From Flavobacteriales bacterium (GTDB lineage Bacteria; Bacteroidota; Bacteroidia; Flavobacteriales_F; PHOS-HE28): DNA of 64,000 nucleotides. Positions 35,475-46,945 of this stretch are shown here, one piece after another. Both the position numbers and the translations under genes were made by a program. The stretch covers positions 95,941 to 159,940 of the forward strand of contig JADJRW010000012.1 of assembly GCA_016712025.1 (NCBI GenBank), given 5' to 3'. The stretch's first letter is position 1. Every line of letters begins with the position of its first letter. Under the pieces are notes generated by a model, which worked only from the letters and a program-made list of their open reading frames with translations, had not been told where the DNA came from and searched no databases.

Positions 35475-35744
35475 TTAGTTCTTCTTGTTACCGGAATGAC
35501 CGCGGTAGGTGCGAGTGGGTGCGAACTCGCCGAGTTTGTGCCCCACCATGTTCTCGGTCACGTACACCGGGATGAATTTGTTCCCATTGTGTACCGCGAA
35601 CGTCATCCCCACGAATTCCGGAGAGATGGTGCTCGCGCGGGACCAGGTCTTGATCACGCTCTTCTTGCCGCTTGCGGTGGCTTCACCCACGCGCTGCGAG
35701 AGCTTGTAGTGGATGAACGGCGGTTTCTTGAGTGAACGGCTCAT
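35475..35744 (-). CDS. rpsS: 30S ribosomal protein S19
   Basis: [19 protein letters not shown]...[52 protein letters not shown]. Confidence 0.98.
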   Translation of the reverse strand: MSRSLKKPPFIHYKLSQRVGEATASGKKSVIKTWSRASTISPEFVGMTFAVHNGNKFIPVYVTENMVGHKLGEFAPTRTYRGHSGNKKN

Positions 35745-35753
35745 GATGCGCTA

Positions 35754-36593
35754 CTAGATGGAGGCGGCCTTGCTGTTGCGGCGCGCGATGATGAACTTGC
35801 TGGATGTGTTCTTCGGATGGCGGGTCTTCTTGCCCTTGGCGAGGAGACCCTTGCGGCTGCGGGGGTGTCCGCCCGAAGCGCGACCCTCACCACCACCCAT
35901 CGGGTGGTCGACCGGGTTCATGGCCACCGCACGGGTGCGGGGGCGACGGCCTTGCCAGCGGCTGCGGCCGGCTTTACCGCTCTTCTGGAGCATGTGTTCG
36001 GCGTTGCCCACCGTACCTATGGTGGCAAGGCATGCGCACAGGATCATGCGCACTTCGCCGCTCGGCATTTTGAGCGTTGCGTAGCGGCCTTCGCGAGCCG
36101 CCAGTTGCGCGAACGTGCCAGCACTGCGGGCCATGCTACCACCCTGGCCGGGCTGCATTTCGATGTTATGCACCAAGGTACCCAGAGGGATCTCGCCGAG
36201 CGGGAGGGTGTTGCCCACTTCCGGCGGAACGCCAGGGCCACTGATCACCTGCTGGCCGACCTTCAGACCGGTGGGAGCAAGCATATACCGCTTCTCTCCG
36301 TCGGCATAGACCAGCAGGGCGATGCGTGCGCTCCGGTTTGGGTCGTACTCGATGGTCTTCACCGTGGCATTGATACCATGCTTGTTCCGCTTCAAGTCGA
36401 TGATACGGAAGCGCTGTTTGTGCCCACCGCCGATGTAGCGCATGGTCATTTTGCCCGTATGGTTCCGCCCGCCGCTCTTGTTGCGGCCGGAGGTGAGGCT
36501 CGCCTCGGGGATGCGTGTGGTAACGCCCTCGAAGTCGGTGATCACGCGGTGGCGTGTGCCAGCGGTGACGGGGTTGAGTTTACGGATGCCCAT
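35754..36593 (-). CDS. rplB: 50S ribosomal protein L2
   Basis: [22 protein letters not shown]...[30 protein letters not shown]...[28 protein letters not shown]. Confidence 0.98.
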   Translation of the reverse strand: MGIRKLNPVTAGTRHRVITDFEGVTTRIPEASLTSGRNKSGGRNHTGKMTMRYIGGGHKQRFRIIDLKRNKHGINATVKTIEYDPNRSARIALLVYADGEKRYMLAPTGLKVGQQVISGPGVPPEVGNTLPLGEIPLGTLVHNIEMQPGQGGSMARSAGTFAQLAAREGRYATLKMPSGEVRMILCACLATIGTVGNAEHMLQKSGKAGRSRWQGRRPRTRAVAMNPVDHPMGGGEGRASGGHPRSRKGLLAKGKKTRHPKNTSSKFIIARRNSKAASI

Positions 36594-36609
36594 GGCGCTC
36601 TCTCTTCGA

Positions 36610-36903
36610 TCAGATGCTGCTGTACAGGTCGATGGTCTCGCCCTTCTTCAAGGTCACGATAGCCTTCTTGTAGGAACTGGAAGTGCCGCGCAGGATATTC
36701 GTCTTGGTGTAGCGGGTGCGCTTCTTGCCGCGCACGATCATGGTGCGCACGCTTTCCACTTCCACGTTGAACTGCTTCTTCACGGCGGCGCGGATGTCGA
36801 GCTTGTTGCTCTCGCGGGCCACCACGAAGCCGTAGCGGTTCTCCTTCTCGCCTTGGGCGGTCATCTTTTCGGTGATGATCGGTCGGATCAGGATCTGGCT
36901 CAT
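36610..36903 (-). CDS. rplW: 50S ribosomal protein L23
   Basis: [59 protein letters not shown]. Confidence 0.96.
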   Translation of the reverse strand: MSQILIRPIITEKMTAQGEKENRYGFVVARESNKLDIRAAVKKQFNVEVESVRTMIVRGKKRTRYTKTNILRGTSSSYKKAIVTLKKGETIDLYSSI

Positions 36904-36906
36904 GGC

Positions 36907-37536
36907 TTACTTGCTAAGGGTGGCCTCCAGTGGGGCGATCGCGTCCTTCACGATCAATACACTGTGGGCGTTCATAATGTCGTAGGTGTTCACCTGGCTC
37001 GCATGCACGACCCGGGCGCCCTGGATATTCCTGGCGCTCAACAGCACGTTCTCGTCTTTGTCAGCTAGCACCACCAATGCCTTCCGGTCGGTGAGGCTGA
37101 AGGCCTTGAGGAAACCAACGAAAGAACTGGTCTTCGGGGCGGTCAAGGACATAGGCTCCACCACTTTCAATGTGCCGTCCTTCGCCTTGTGGGTGAGGGC
37201 GCTGCGGCGGGCCAGATCCTTCACCTTCTTGTTCAATTTGAAATGGTAATCGCGGGGCTGCGGGCCGAACACGCGGGCGCCACCTTTGAAGAGCGGGCTC
37301 TTGATGGAGCCTTTCCGGCTACCGCCGGTTCCCTTCTGCCGATGCAGCTTCTTCGTGCTGCCGCTCACCTCGCTTTTCTCCAAGGTCTTGGCTGTGCCCT
37401 GACGCTTGTTGGCCAAGTGCTGTTTCACGTCCAGCCAGATGGCGTGGTCGTTTGGCTCAATGGCGAAGATGGCGTCGCTGAGCTTCGCCTTCTTGCCGGT
37501 GGCCTTTCCGTCGGTGCTGTAGATATCGAGCTCCAT
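36907..37536 (-). CDS. rplD: 50S ribosomal protein L4
   Basis: ANKRQGTAKTLEKSEVSGSTKKLHRQKGTGGSRKGSIKSPLFKGGARVFGPQPRDYHFKLNKKVKDLARRSAL. Confidence 0.97.
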   Translation of the reverse strand: MELDIYSTDGKATGKKAKLSDAIFAIEPNDHAIWLDVKQHLANKRQGTAKTLEKSEVSGSTKKLHRQKGTGGSRKGSIKSPLFKGGARVFGPQPRDYHFKLNKKVKDLARRSALTHKAKDGTLKVVEPMSLTAPKTSSFVGFLKAFSLTDRKALVVLADKDENVLLSARNIQGARVVHASQVNTYDIMNAHSVLIVKDAIAPLEATLSK

Positions 37537-37537
37537 C

Positions 37538-38155
37538 TTACTTCCAGATGATCACTATGCTGCCTTTGGCGCCGGGGACCGAGCCTTTCAGTACGAGCAG
37601 GTTCTTGTCCTTATCGATCTTCACCACTTTGAGGTTCTCGGTGGTATGCTTGTCCCCACCCGTGCGGCCAGCCATGCGCAGGCCCTTGAACACGCGGGCA
37701 GGGTAGGAGCTGCCACCTAGGGAACCGGGGGCACGGGACCGATCGTGCTGACCGTGGGTCGACTCGCCAACGCCACTGAAGCCGTGACGCTTCACCACAC
37801 CCTGAAATCCTTTGCCCTTGCTGTTCGCGGTAACCGTTACGAACGAGCCCTCCTCGAAGATCTCGAGCCCAACGGATTCGCCGAGCTTCAGTTCCTGCTC
37901 GAACTCCTTGAACTCGTGGCTCTTCACTTTGGGGGTGGTGCCGGCTTTCTTGAAGTGGCCAAGGGCCGCTTTAGTGGTGCTCTTCTCGCGGCGCTCGCCG
38001 AAGGAGAGTTGCACGGCTTGGTAACCGTCCTTATCGGCGGTCTTCACATGTGTGACCACGTTCGGTGTGACCTCGATCACGGTGCAGCCAGAGAGCTGCC
38101 CATCCGTGTCGAACAAACTGGTCATCCCGACCTTTTTACCTATCAATCCGCTCAT
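37538..38155 (-). CDS. rplC: 50S ribosomal protein L3
   Basis: [34 protein letters not shown]...[52 protein letters not shown]. Confidence 0.97.
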   Translation of the reverse strand: MSGLIGKKVGMTSLFDTDGQLSGCTVIEVTPNVVTHVKTADKDGYQAVQLSFGERREKSTTKAALGHFKKAGTTPKVKSHEFKEFEQELKLGESVGLEIFEEGSFVTVTANSKGKGFQGVVKRHGFSGVGESTHGQHDRSRAPGSLGGSSYPARVFKGLRMAGRTGGDKHTTENLKVVKIDKDKNLLVLKGSVPGAKGSIVIIWK

Positions 38156-38174
38156 TGTCGTGCTCTTTGATCGG

Positions 38175-38480
38175 TCAGACCTTGATCTCCACGTCCACGC
38201 CGCTGGGGAGCTCCAGTTTCATCAGCGCATCGATGGTCTTGCTGCTGGAGCTGTAGATATCCATCAGGCGTTTGTAGCTGCAGAGCTGGAATTGCTCGCG
38301 AGCCTTCTTGTTCACGTGCGGCGAACGCAGCACGGTGAAGATGCGCTTGTGCGTGGGCAGAGGGATCGGTCCGCTCACCACAGCGCCTGTGCTCTTCACG
38401 GTCTTCACGATCTTCTCGGCGCTCTTGTCGACGAGGTTGTGATCATAGGACCGCAGCTTTATCCGGATCTTTTGGGTCAT
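38175..38480 (-). CDS. rpsJ: 30S ribosomal protein S10
   Basis: [101 protein letters not shown]. Confidence 0.98.
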   Translation of the reverse strand: MTQKIRIKLRSYDHNLVDKSAEKIVKTVKSTGAVVSGPIPLPTHKRIFTVLRSPHVNKKAREQFQLCSYKRLMDIYSSSSKTIDALMKLELPSGVDVEIKV

Positions 38481-38494
38481 GGTCGTTGGGCGGA

Positions 38495-40602
38495 TCAGGC
38501 GGACACTTTTCCACGCACCTTGGCCAGAACGGCTTCGGACACGTTGTTGGGTGCTTGTTGATAATGGCTGAACTCCATGGTGCTGCTCGCGCGGCCGCTG
38601 GAGAGGGTACGAAGGCTGGTCACATAGCCGAACATCTCGCTCAAAGGCACTTTGCCTTTGATGGCCTTTGCGCCGGAACGGTCCTCCATCCCTTCAATGG
38701 TTCCACGACGGCGGTTGAGGTCGCCGACGATGTCGCCCATGTTCTCTTCGGGCGTGATCACCTCGATCTTCATGATGGGCTCCAAGAGCACAGGCTTGCA
38801 CTTCGGAAGCGCTTCGCGGAAGGCGCTCTTGGCGCAGATCTCGAAGCTCAAAGCATCGGAGTCCACGTTGTGGAAGGAGCCATCGTTGAGCGTCACTTTC
38901 AGGCGTTCGATGGGGAAACCAGCGAGCACGCCGTTCTGCAATGACGCTTTGAAGCCCTTCGCGACAGCAGGGATGAATTCCTTAGGAATAGAGCCGCCCT
39001 TGATCTCGTCAATGAACTCGAGACCCTCTTTCTCCATGTCCAGTTGTGGCTCGATCAGGACGTGGATGTCGGCGAACTTACCGCGACCACCGGTCTGCTT
39101 CTTGTACACCTCGCGGTGCTGGATCTTGGTGGTGATGGTCTCCTTGTATTTCACCTGAGGAGCACCCTGGTTGCATTCCACCTTGAATTCGCGGCGCATG
39201 CGGTCCACGAGGATCTCCAGGTGGAGTTCGCCCATGCCGCTGATCACGGTCTGGCCGGTCTCGTCATCGGTATGGACCTTGAAGGTGGGATCCTCCTCCG
39301 CCAGCTTGGCAAGAGCCTGCCCCATTTTGTCCATATCCGCCTGGCTCTTGGGCTCCACGGCGATGCCGATCACCGGCTCTGGGAAGCTCATGCTTTCCAA
39401 GATGATCTGCTTATCCTCGTCACAGAGCGTGTCACCCGTGCGGATATCCTTGAAGCCAACGGCCGCGCCAATGTCGCCAGCTTCGATCACATCGACCGAA
39501 TTCTGTTTGTTGGCATGCATCTGGAAGATGCGGCTGATACGCTCCTTGCGGCCAGTGCGCATGTTCTGCACGTAGCTGCCCGCAGGCACACACTGCCGCT
39601 GTAACAGCGGAAGAACGCGAGGCGGCCTACGTACGGATCGGTGGCGATCTTGAAAGCCAAGCTTGCCATTGGGTCTTCTACGGTCGGGCGGCGCTGGATC
39701 TCCTCGCCGCTGTCCGGATCGGTACCGGTGACGGACTCGATGTCCATCGGGCTGGGCAGGTAGGCCATCACCGCGTCGAGCATGGTCTGCACGCCCTTGT
39801 TCTTGAAGGCGCTGCCGCACAGGATCGGCGTGATGCTCATGTTGATGGTGCTTTTGCGCACCGCCTCCATCACCTCTGCTTCTGTAAGGCTATCCGGATC
39901 GGAGAAATACTTCTCCATCAGGGTGTCGCTGCTCTCCGCTACGGCTTCGATCAACTTGTCGCGCCACTCTTTCACTGTTTCTTTCAGGTCCTCAGGGATC
40001 GGAACCTCGTTCCAGGTCATGCCCTGGTCGGCTTCGTTCCACACCATTCCCCGATTGTTCACCAAGTCGACCACTCCAAGGAAGTCGGCTTCAGCCCCGA
40101 TCGGGATCTGCAAAGGCACCGGATTCGCTCCCAAGCGCTCGCGGATCTGCGCGACCACATTGAAAAAATCGGCACCGCTGCGGTCCATTTTGTTCACGAA
40201 CCCGATGCGCGGAACTTTGTACTTGTTCGCCTGGCGCCAAACGGTCTCGCTCTGGGGCTCAACACCACCCACGGCACAAAAAAGTGCTACGGCACCGTCC
40301 AGCACGCGCAAACTACGCTCCACCTCAACGGTGAAGTCAACGTGGCCCGGTGTATCGATCAGGTTGATCTTGTAGGTCTCGTCGCGGTATTTCCAGCTGG
40401 TCGTAGTGGCAGCGGAAGTAATGGTGATGCCGCGCTCCTGCTCCTGCTCCATCCAATCCATGGTGGCCGCACCGTCATGCACTTCACCGATCTTGTGCAC
40501 GATCCCGGTGTAGTAGAGGATGCGTTCGGACGTGGTCGTCTTCCCGGCATCAATGTGCGCCATGATGCCGATGTTGCGCGTATATCTGAGGTCGCGGGCC
40601 AT
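38495..40602 (-). CDS. fusA: Translation elongation factor G (frameshifted)
   Basis: [33 protein letters not shown]...[49 protein letters not shown]. The C-terminal half is in ORF 38495..39820. Confidence 0.97.
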
Positions 40603-40620
40603 GTGATCTGTTCCGTAGGC

Positions 40621-41091
40621 TTAGAAGCGGAAGTGGCTGAAGGCTTTGTTCGCTTCGGCCATTTTGTGGACTTCTTCTTTCTTCTTGAAGGCAGCGCCTT
40701 CTTCCTTAGCAGCTGCCAGGATCTCGTTGGCCAGTTTCTGTGCCATGCTGCGTTCGTTGCGGCTGCGGCTATAGCCGATGAGCCATTTCATGGCTAGACT
40801 GCGCTTGCGGTCATCGCGAACAGGCTGTGGGATCTGGAAGTTCGCCCCACCGACCCGGCGGCTGCGTACTTCCACTTGTGGGGTCACATTGCCCAAAGCC
40901 TTACGCCAAACTTCGAGGCCGTCCTCACCGCTCTTTTCCGCTACGATATCGATGGCGGAATAGAAGATGTCGAAGGCCTTGTTCTTCTTGCCGTCGTACA
41001 TCAGGTTGTTCACGAACTTGGTCACGATCACATCGCCGAACTTGGGGTCGGGCAGGGTGGTTACGTAGCGATTGGTGGTGGTCTTCCGCAT
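40621..41091 (-). CDS. rpsG: 30S ribosomal protein S7
   Basis: [34 protein letters not shown]...[26 protein letters not shown]...[22 protein letters not shown]. Confidence 0.97.
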   Translation of the reverse strand: MRKTTTNRYVTTLPDPKFGDVIVTKFVNNLMYDGKKNKAFDIFYSAIDIVAEKSGEDGLEVWRKALGNVTPQVEVRSRRVGGANFQIPQPVRDDRKRSLAMKWLIGYSRSRNERSMAQKLANEILAAAKEEGAAFKKKEEVHKMAEANKAFSHFRF

Positions 41092-41100
41092 GGCGCTCGC

Positions 41101-41481
41101 TTATTTCTTGGCCTTGGGACGCTTGGTTCCGTACTTGGAGCGGCGCTGATTACGGCCTTCCACACCGGCGGTGTCCAACACGCCGCGTACGATGTGGTAC
41201 TTCACGCCAGGTAGATCCTTCACACGACCGCCGCGCACGAGCACGATGCTGTGCTCCTGAAGGTTGTGACCTTCTCCTCCGATGTAGGCGATCACTTCAT
41301 ACCCGTTCACCAGCCGCACCTTGGCCACCTTACGGAGGGCCGAGTTCGGCTTCTTAGGGGTGGTGGTGTACACCTTGGTGCATACGCCACGGCGCTGTGG
41401 GCAAGAGGTCAGTGCTACCGACTTGCTCTTGTACTCCGCCTTCTCGCGTCCCTTTCGGATCAGCTGTTGGATGGTTGGCAT
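41101..41481 (-). CDS. rpsL: 30S ribosomal protein S12
   Basis: [100 protein letters not shown]. Confidence 0.98.
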   Translation of the reverse strand: MPTIQQLIRKGREKAEYKSKSVALTSCPQRRGVCTKVYTTTPKKPNSALRKVAKVRLVNGYEVIAYIGGEGHNLQEHSIVLVRGGRVKDLPGVKYHIVRGVLDTAGVEGRNQRRSKYGTKRPKAKK

Positions 41482-41543
41482 CGCTCGCGTTTCGTCCTGT
41501 TTCTCAGTTGGTTCCGCTACTTTCATAGGCGGAAAACGGGCTG

Positions 41544-41573
41544 CAAATGTAGAAAAAGAGGGCTTTCAACCAA
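41544..41573 (-). promoter_or_regulatory. Bacteroidetes-type promoter for the ribosomal super-cluster
   Basis: Minus strand TTG-N19-TACATTTG, ~62 nt upstream of the rpsL ATG. Confidence 0.72.
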
Positions 41574-41793
41574 CCTGTGTTGAAGGAAAATTTGAGCACT
41601 ACCCTTTCAGACCGCGAAAGTCGTGTCCGATGCCAAGCGGTCGATTTCTCCAGAACCTTTGCCCAGCAAGCGTATCCGTGGGTGTGGGTGCAATGGAAAG
41701 TGTGTGTTGATGCGTAGCCCAGGCGTTGTTCATACTGAGGAGTCATGACCAAGGAGGGCTACCTTTGATGCTATCATTTGATGCTATTTTGCC

Positions 41794-42774
41794 GTGGACT
41801 CCAGTTACACCTTCTATACCTTACAGAGCAGGATGCTGGAGCGCCTCACATCCATCCATCACCGGTTGGGGGAGGTCAAGGCTCGGCACCTGCACTTCCC
41901 CGCAGCGAGTTTGGAAAAGGCTTATCGGGTGAGCGCCGTGCATGCAACGCTTGCGCTGGAAGGCAATGTTTTGGAGCCTTTGCCTGTGGCCCGCTTGGTG
42001 AGCCGCCCTGACCGGACCAGCGGACCAGCTGCCCTAGAGGTGGTGAACACGCACAGTATGCATGAGTTGTTGCCAGAATTGGATCCTGCGCTGGCCCAAG
42101 ACCTGCGGCGGGCCCATGGGGTGCTTATGCACGGGCTGGCTATCGATGCTGGCCACTTTCGCACGGGGCCCATGGACGTGCTATATGGCGATCCGATACC
42201 ACTCCGTGTCGCCGCGGCGGACAATCTTTCGATCCAAGTGGAGGAACTGCTGCACTTGGTCGAGAACGACGATGCACCGCCGGTGATCACCAGTTGTGTA
42301 TTGCATTTCGGCCTGATCTACCTGCGTCCCTTCAGCGCGGGCAACGGCCGATTGGCGCGTTTGTGGCAACGCCGCCTGTTGATGCGTCATTGGCCTGTCT
42401 TTGCGTTCCTGCCCTTAGAAGCTTTCATACATCGCACGGAGCCAGCCTACTACGCGGCGTTGGAGTACGCCGATCGTCAGGGCGATTGTGGTGGCTTCAT
42501 TACCTACTTGTTGGAGCGGATGGATGAGGCCTTGGCGGAATTGCTGGCGATGCCGGATCCAGTGCGCAGCGCGATCGATCGTATCGAGCTCTTTTTAATG
42601 CAAGCTCAGGGGAAGGTCTTCGGTCGCAAGGAATACATGGGCTGGTTTCCAGAGATCAGCACGGCCACAGCAAGCCGTGATCTGCGAGAAGCCGTGGCCC
42701 GCGACCTTCTGGCACGCGAGGGGAGTGACCGAACCGCGGTCTATCGCTTGAAAGTCGAACCAGGTCATAGATAG
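41794..42774 (+). CDS. Fic-domain protein with non-canonical active-site motif
   Basis: Fic-like signature FGLIYLRPFSAGNGRLARLWQRRLL and an N-terminal inhibitory-helix-like TLALEGN. The canonical motif is HPFx(D/E)GNGRxxR. Confidence 0.75.
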   Translation: MDSSYTFYTLQSRMLERLTSIHHRLGEVKARHLHFPAASLEKAYRVSAVHATLALEGNVLEPLPVARLVSRPDRTSGPAALEVVNTHSMHELLPELDPALAQDLRRAHGVLMHGLAIDAGHFRTGPMDVLYGDPIPLRVAAADNLSIQVEELLHLVENDDAPPVITSCVLHFGLIYLRPFSAGNGRLARLWQRRLLMRHWPVFAFLPLEAFIHRTEPAYYAALEYADRQGDCGGFITYLLERMDEALAELLAMPDPVRSAIDRIELFLMQAQGKVFGRKEYMGWFPEISTATASRDLREAVARDLLAREGSDRTAVYRLKVEPGHR

Positions 42775-42804
42775 CACGCGTGGGGTGATGCGGTGCGCTG
42801 GCGG

Positions 42805-45226
42805 TCAGGGTATGATCGTGCAGGATCCTATGCCGGTTTCCTCATTTTTGCTGGCAGCACTGATCAATATCACTTGGGGCGCAAGATCCGAGACATCAAG
42901 TTGCGTGACCGGACCCGAAGAGGGTACTTCTTTCAGGAGTCTTCCGGTGCGGTCGCGCACTCGGATCGTCGTCGTGTTCGGCAGGGCTTCGCTACAAGAG
43001 ACCCTCACTAGATCTTGAGCTGGGTCGGGCCAGATATTGCAAGTGCCAGGCGCGGACCGCTGCGCTACGCCCACAGCTGAAGTCTTCCACGCCAAGGTAT
43101 AATCACCGGGAACCAGCACCTCGATGTCGATCCTCCCCGTCTTGTCCGTGGCGTTGTTCAGAACGTTCAAGGATTGTTGCGGCGCTGCGGACCAGGGCAT
43201 TTGCGCGTTCGGCCGATAGAGCAGCACCAGGCTATCCTCAGTAAAATTCAGACCGCCAAGGTCCTGCATTAGATCCACGTCCAATCCGCCAGCGGATTGT
43301 GCGCGACCATCGTATGCGAATCGGCCGCTGATGGTGGGGCCACTGGTGAAATCGCTATGGATCCGCCACCACCGGTCAGGGGAGAGAGCATAAGCGAAAG
43401 CGGGCTCCGCGTTCGGGTCGGCAGCGACCCAGAACTGTTCCACACGGATCGGGAGGTCACTAGGCAGCGCATCCACGATCAAGGTTAGATTGGCCTGCTG
43501 GAATGTCTTGGTCCCGATGCTGGTCAAAGTGTCCCAAACGGCAGTGGTCGCCAAGCTGATCCGGTCATCGTCGTTCAGCCATACATCCACCGGATCGAAA
43601 GGTGGATCGATCGTGACAACGGTCTGGTCGCCACTGAACAGGAAAGAAGTTGGGGTGGTCCACAGATCGCCTTGGGCACTGCGGCAGGTCAGCGTTAGCG
43701 GAACATTCTGGTACAGGTCCACTGCCCCGCGCAGCTTTTGTTCCGCGAAGACCGTTACCTCCGCCAGTCCCACATCAAAGGAATCGACCTCGAAGGCGGC
43801 CCAGCCCGGTTGAAAGATCCAGTCATTGAAGAAGTCCGTGAGGTCTGTTCCTGTAGCGGTGCTCAAATGATCTCGGAGCTGCTCGCTGCTGACAGGTTGG
43901 AAGGAATATGCGTCGAGAAAACTCGTCAAGCCCTGACAAAAAAGTGCCTCCCCTAAGTAGCTGCGCAGGCTATGCAATACATCCGCACCCTTGTTATAGC
44001 TATGCTGTCCGTAGGTGAAGTCTTGGGGAACATCAGCGAGGGCGAAATACTGCCCCCCCATCTTCCCAATGGCAGCGACGCAACATTTCGTAGTGGTTCG
44101 CCCGCACGGTGGATCGGTAGCGGTCCGGTCCGTACACCCCCTCCAGGAACAGGTAGCTCAGGTATTCGGCGAACCCCTCGTTGATGTACATCTCCTCTGC
44201 CCTATCGCAAGTGACCAGGTCGCCGAACCACTGATGGGCCAGTTCGTGTGCCATGGTTGCTTCGTACTGCAACGTCCCATCCGCGATGAAATCCGGATAG
44301 GTGATGTTGGTAGGATGCTCCATTGCACCGCGTGAAGCCAGGCAATAGCCGATGCGGTTCCAACTGTAGGCCCCGAAGCAGGTTTCGAACCGGTTGAAGG
44401 CATCTTGCAAGTGGAGGAAGGAGTTCTTCATCTGGGTCGTATCCCCTGGAAGAGCCACAAGGTCCACGGGAATGTTCGTCCCGCCGATGCTGGGGAATTC
44501 CTGGTGAACGACCGCGTAGTTGGCCACCGCGACAGAGGCGAGATAGCTTGGGATGGGTTCATCTATGGACCAATGGGTGAGGGTGGTATCACCACCGAGC
44601 GACACCACGCCAAGTTCAGCCCCATTGCACCAGACCTTCCGTCCGCCTCGCGTGGTAACGTGGAAGGAGAAGGCACAGCGCTCCACGAAGTTGTCGAAAC
44701 AGGGGAACCAAGCCCGGCCATAGCTGTGGGATTGCGCATCGAACGCCACGCCCAAATTGTAGATGTAGGTGTTCTCCAAGTAGAAGCCCCCGAAGTTGCT
44801 CGGATCAACGGCCGGTTCGCCATCATAGAAGACCGTGATATCCATCGTATCCGCTGGTCCGGCCGGTTGTGCCAGATCAACCCGCAACACACCGTTCGCA
44901 TGGCTGAAGCCGAGTGGTTGGTTGCTCTCATCCAGGACCGAACCGACCGTGAGGTCGATCAGGTCGAGCCGGAGTTGGGTGACCCCCGGAACTTTGGGCA
45001 CGAGGCGAAGCACACACATCGCGTGGATCAGATCGTTCGGCGCATCGAGGAGGTTGAGGTGGACCCGCGTCACGAGCAGGTCGATGCTATCACTGCGCAG
45101 GTCCTGTGGGCCGCCCTTGGCCTGTCCTTGCGCAGAGCAGTGTTTGGTCCGCTGGCAGGTGGTCTGTGCAGGAACGGATAGCGCGATCGAGGTAACGACC
45201 GAGCAAAGGAGGAGGCGGATGGTCAT
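42805..45226 (-). CDS. Secreted M1-family (aminopeptidase N-like) metallopeptidase with T9SS-type sorting domain; frameshifted
   Basis: Signal peptide MTIRLLLCSVVTSIALSVPAQ. Zinc motif MAHELAHQWFGDLVTCDRAEEMYINEGFAEYLSYLF. C-terminal CNIWPDPAQDLVRVSCSEALPNTTTIRVRDRTGRLLKEV resembles a type A CTD. Confidence 0.85.
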
Positions 45227-45280
45227 GCGCGTGAACGAACAGAGGCCTTGGTTGTTACAGAAAGAGGCCGCGCCGTTGAT

Positions 45281-45288
45281 CAAAGGTA
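45281..45288 (-). promoter_or_regulatory. -7 element of the M1 peptidase gene
   Basis: Minus strand TACCTTTG, ~55 nt upstream of the signal-peptide Met at 45226. Confidence 0.4.
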
Positions 45289-45337
45289 GCCGGACGAAAG
45301 CTGCGATCGCAGGAATGCTGCGGGTTCGCAGGATCCC

Positions 45338-45345
45338 TACTTTTG
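45338..45345 (+). promoter_or_regulatory. -7 element of the divergent hypothetical gene
   Basis: TACTTTTG, ~46 nt upstream of the ATG at 45391. No -33 match seen. Confidence 0.35.
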
Positions 45346-45390
45346 GGGGTGCGCCTTGTTATCCCAAAGGCGATCCGCTGGCGCACCGCG

Positions 45391-46936
45391 ATGAAACCGA
45401 GCACTGAACTGCACGACCTCGTAACGTCGCTCACCAAGAGCGAGAAGCGGTTCTTCAAGTTGCACTCCACGCTGCAATCCGGCGACAAGAACTACCTGCG
45501 GATCTTCGACGCGATCGACAAGCAGAAGGTCTACGACGAAGAAACGCTGAAGAAGCTCTTTGCCAAGGAGACCTTCATCAAGCACTTTCCTTCGGAGAAG
45601 AACCATTTGTACAAGCTGATCCTGAAAGCCCTTCGCGCCTACCATGCGGAGGGCACTATCAGCGGGATCCTGAAGCAGGAGATCAAGAACATCGAGATCC
45701 TTTACGACAAGGCGCTCTACAAAGAGTGCAACAAGCTGCTCCACCGTGCCAAGCGCATCGCTCTGGAGAACGAGAAGTTCTACTACCTCTTCGAGCTGCT
45801 CAACTGGGAGAAGATGCTGTTGGAAGAGGCCTACGAGAGCGGGGAGTTCACCAAGGACCTGGACGCGCTGATCGAGGAGGAGAGCGACGTGATCGAGAAA
45901 CTGCGCAACCTGGCGGCCTACCACATCCTCTACTCCAAGATCAACTATGTGTTCCGCAGTGGCGGTTACGTGCGTAGCGAGGAAGAGCACGCCATGGTGG
46001 AGGAGATCGCCCAGCACCCGCTGATCGTCGGTAAGAACACCGCACTTAGCCACCGCGCGGCGACCATCTGCTTCTATACGCAGGGTTTCTGCGCCTGGGC
46101 CAAGCGCGATTGGCGCACGGCGCTTGACCAAGTTCCTCCGGGTGAAGGAGATCCTGGACCGGGAGACACTGCTGAAACCGGATCTGGCGAAGCGCTATGT
46201 GCGCACGCTGCACTATATCATCAATGCGCAGATCGAACTGGGCGAATACAAAGCCGCTCGTGAGCACATCAAGCTGATGCGATCGCTCTCCGAGCTGCCC
46301 GGTTTCGGTGGCATCCAGATCGGCATGCAGGTCTTCAATGCGAGCTACCTCAGCGAGCTTCGCCTGTTCGACAGGATGGGCGAGCACGCGAAGGCACTAG
46401 AGCTGGTGGATTCCGTGCTCGTGGGTATGGAGGATGAGGGTCCACGGCTCCACAAGGAGCAGGAACTCGAGTTCTGGTTCGCCTTGTCCTGCCTGCATTT
46501 CGGGGCTGGCGAGATGAACAAGGCCTTGTTCTGGCTCAACAAAGTGCTGAACGATCCCGAGCCCACTTTGCGGCAGGACATCTTCACCTACGCCAGGCTC
46601 TTCAACCTGGTGGTACACTACGAGCTAGGTAACTTCGACCTGCTTGAGTACATCGTTCGGAGCACGCATCGCTTTCTAAGCAAGCGGCACCGCGCTGACG
46701 AGATGGAGACCGTGCTGATCGATCATATAAAACGCCTGGCGCGGGCCACACAGATCAACGCCAAACGCGACCTGTTCAAGACGATGCACGACCGCATATC
46801 CGAGTTGATGAAGGATCCCAACGAAAGCCTTGCACTGAAGTACTTCGATTTCATGGCTTGGTGCCGAAGCAAGGTGGAAGGTATCGCCTTCAGCGAAGCG
46901 GTGCGGCAGGAGCACCCGGCGATGGGGAAGGACTAG
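45391..46936 (+). CDS. Alpha-helical (TPR-like) protein of unknown function, frameshifted
   Basis: MKPSTELHDLVTSLTKSEKRFFKLHSTLQSGDKNYLRIFDAIDKQKVYDEETLKKLF... continues in ORF 46124..46936 (FLRVKEILDRETLLKPDLAKRYVRTLHYIINAQIELGEYKAAREHIKLM). Confidence 0.65.
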
Positions 46937-46945
46937 GTCCGGAGC

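Noticed and set aside
41794-42774. Classical Fic/Doc toxin-antitoxin pair
   Set aside because: No small partner ORF is adjacent. The inhibitory-like segment is within the same protein and the catalytic His is missing.
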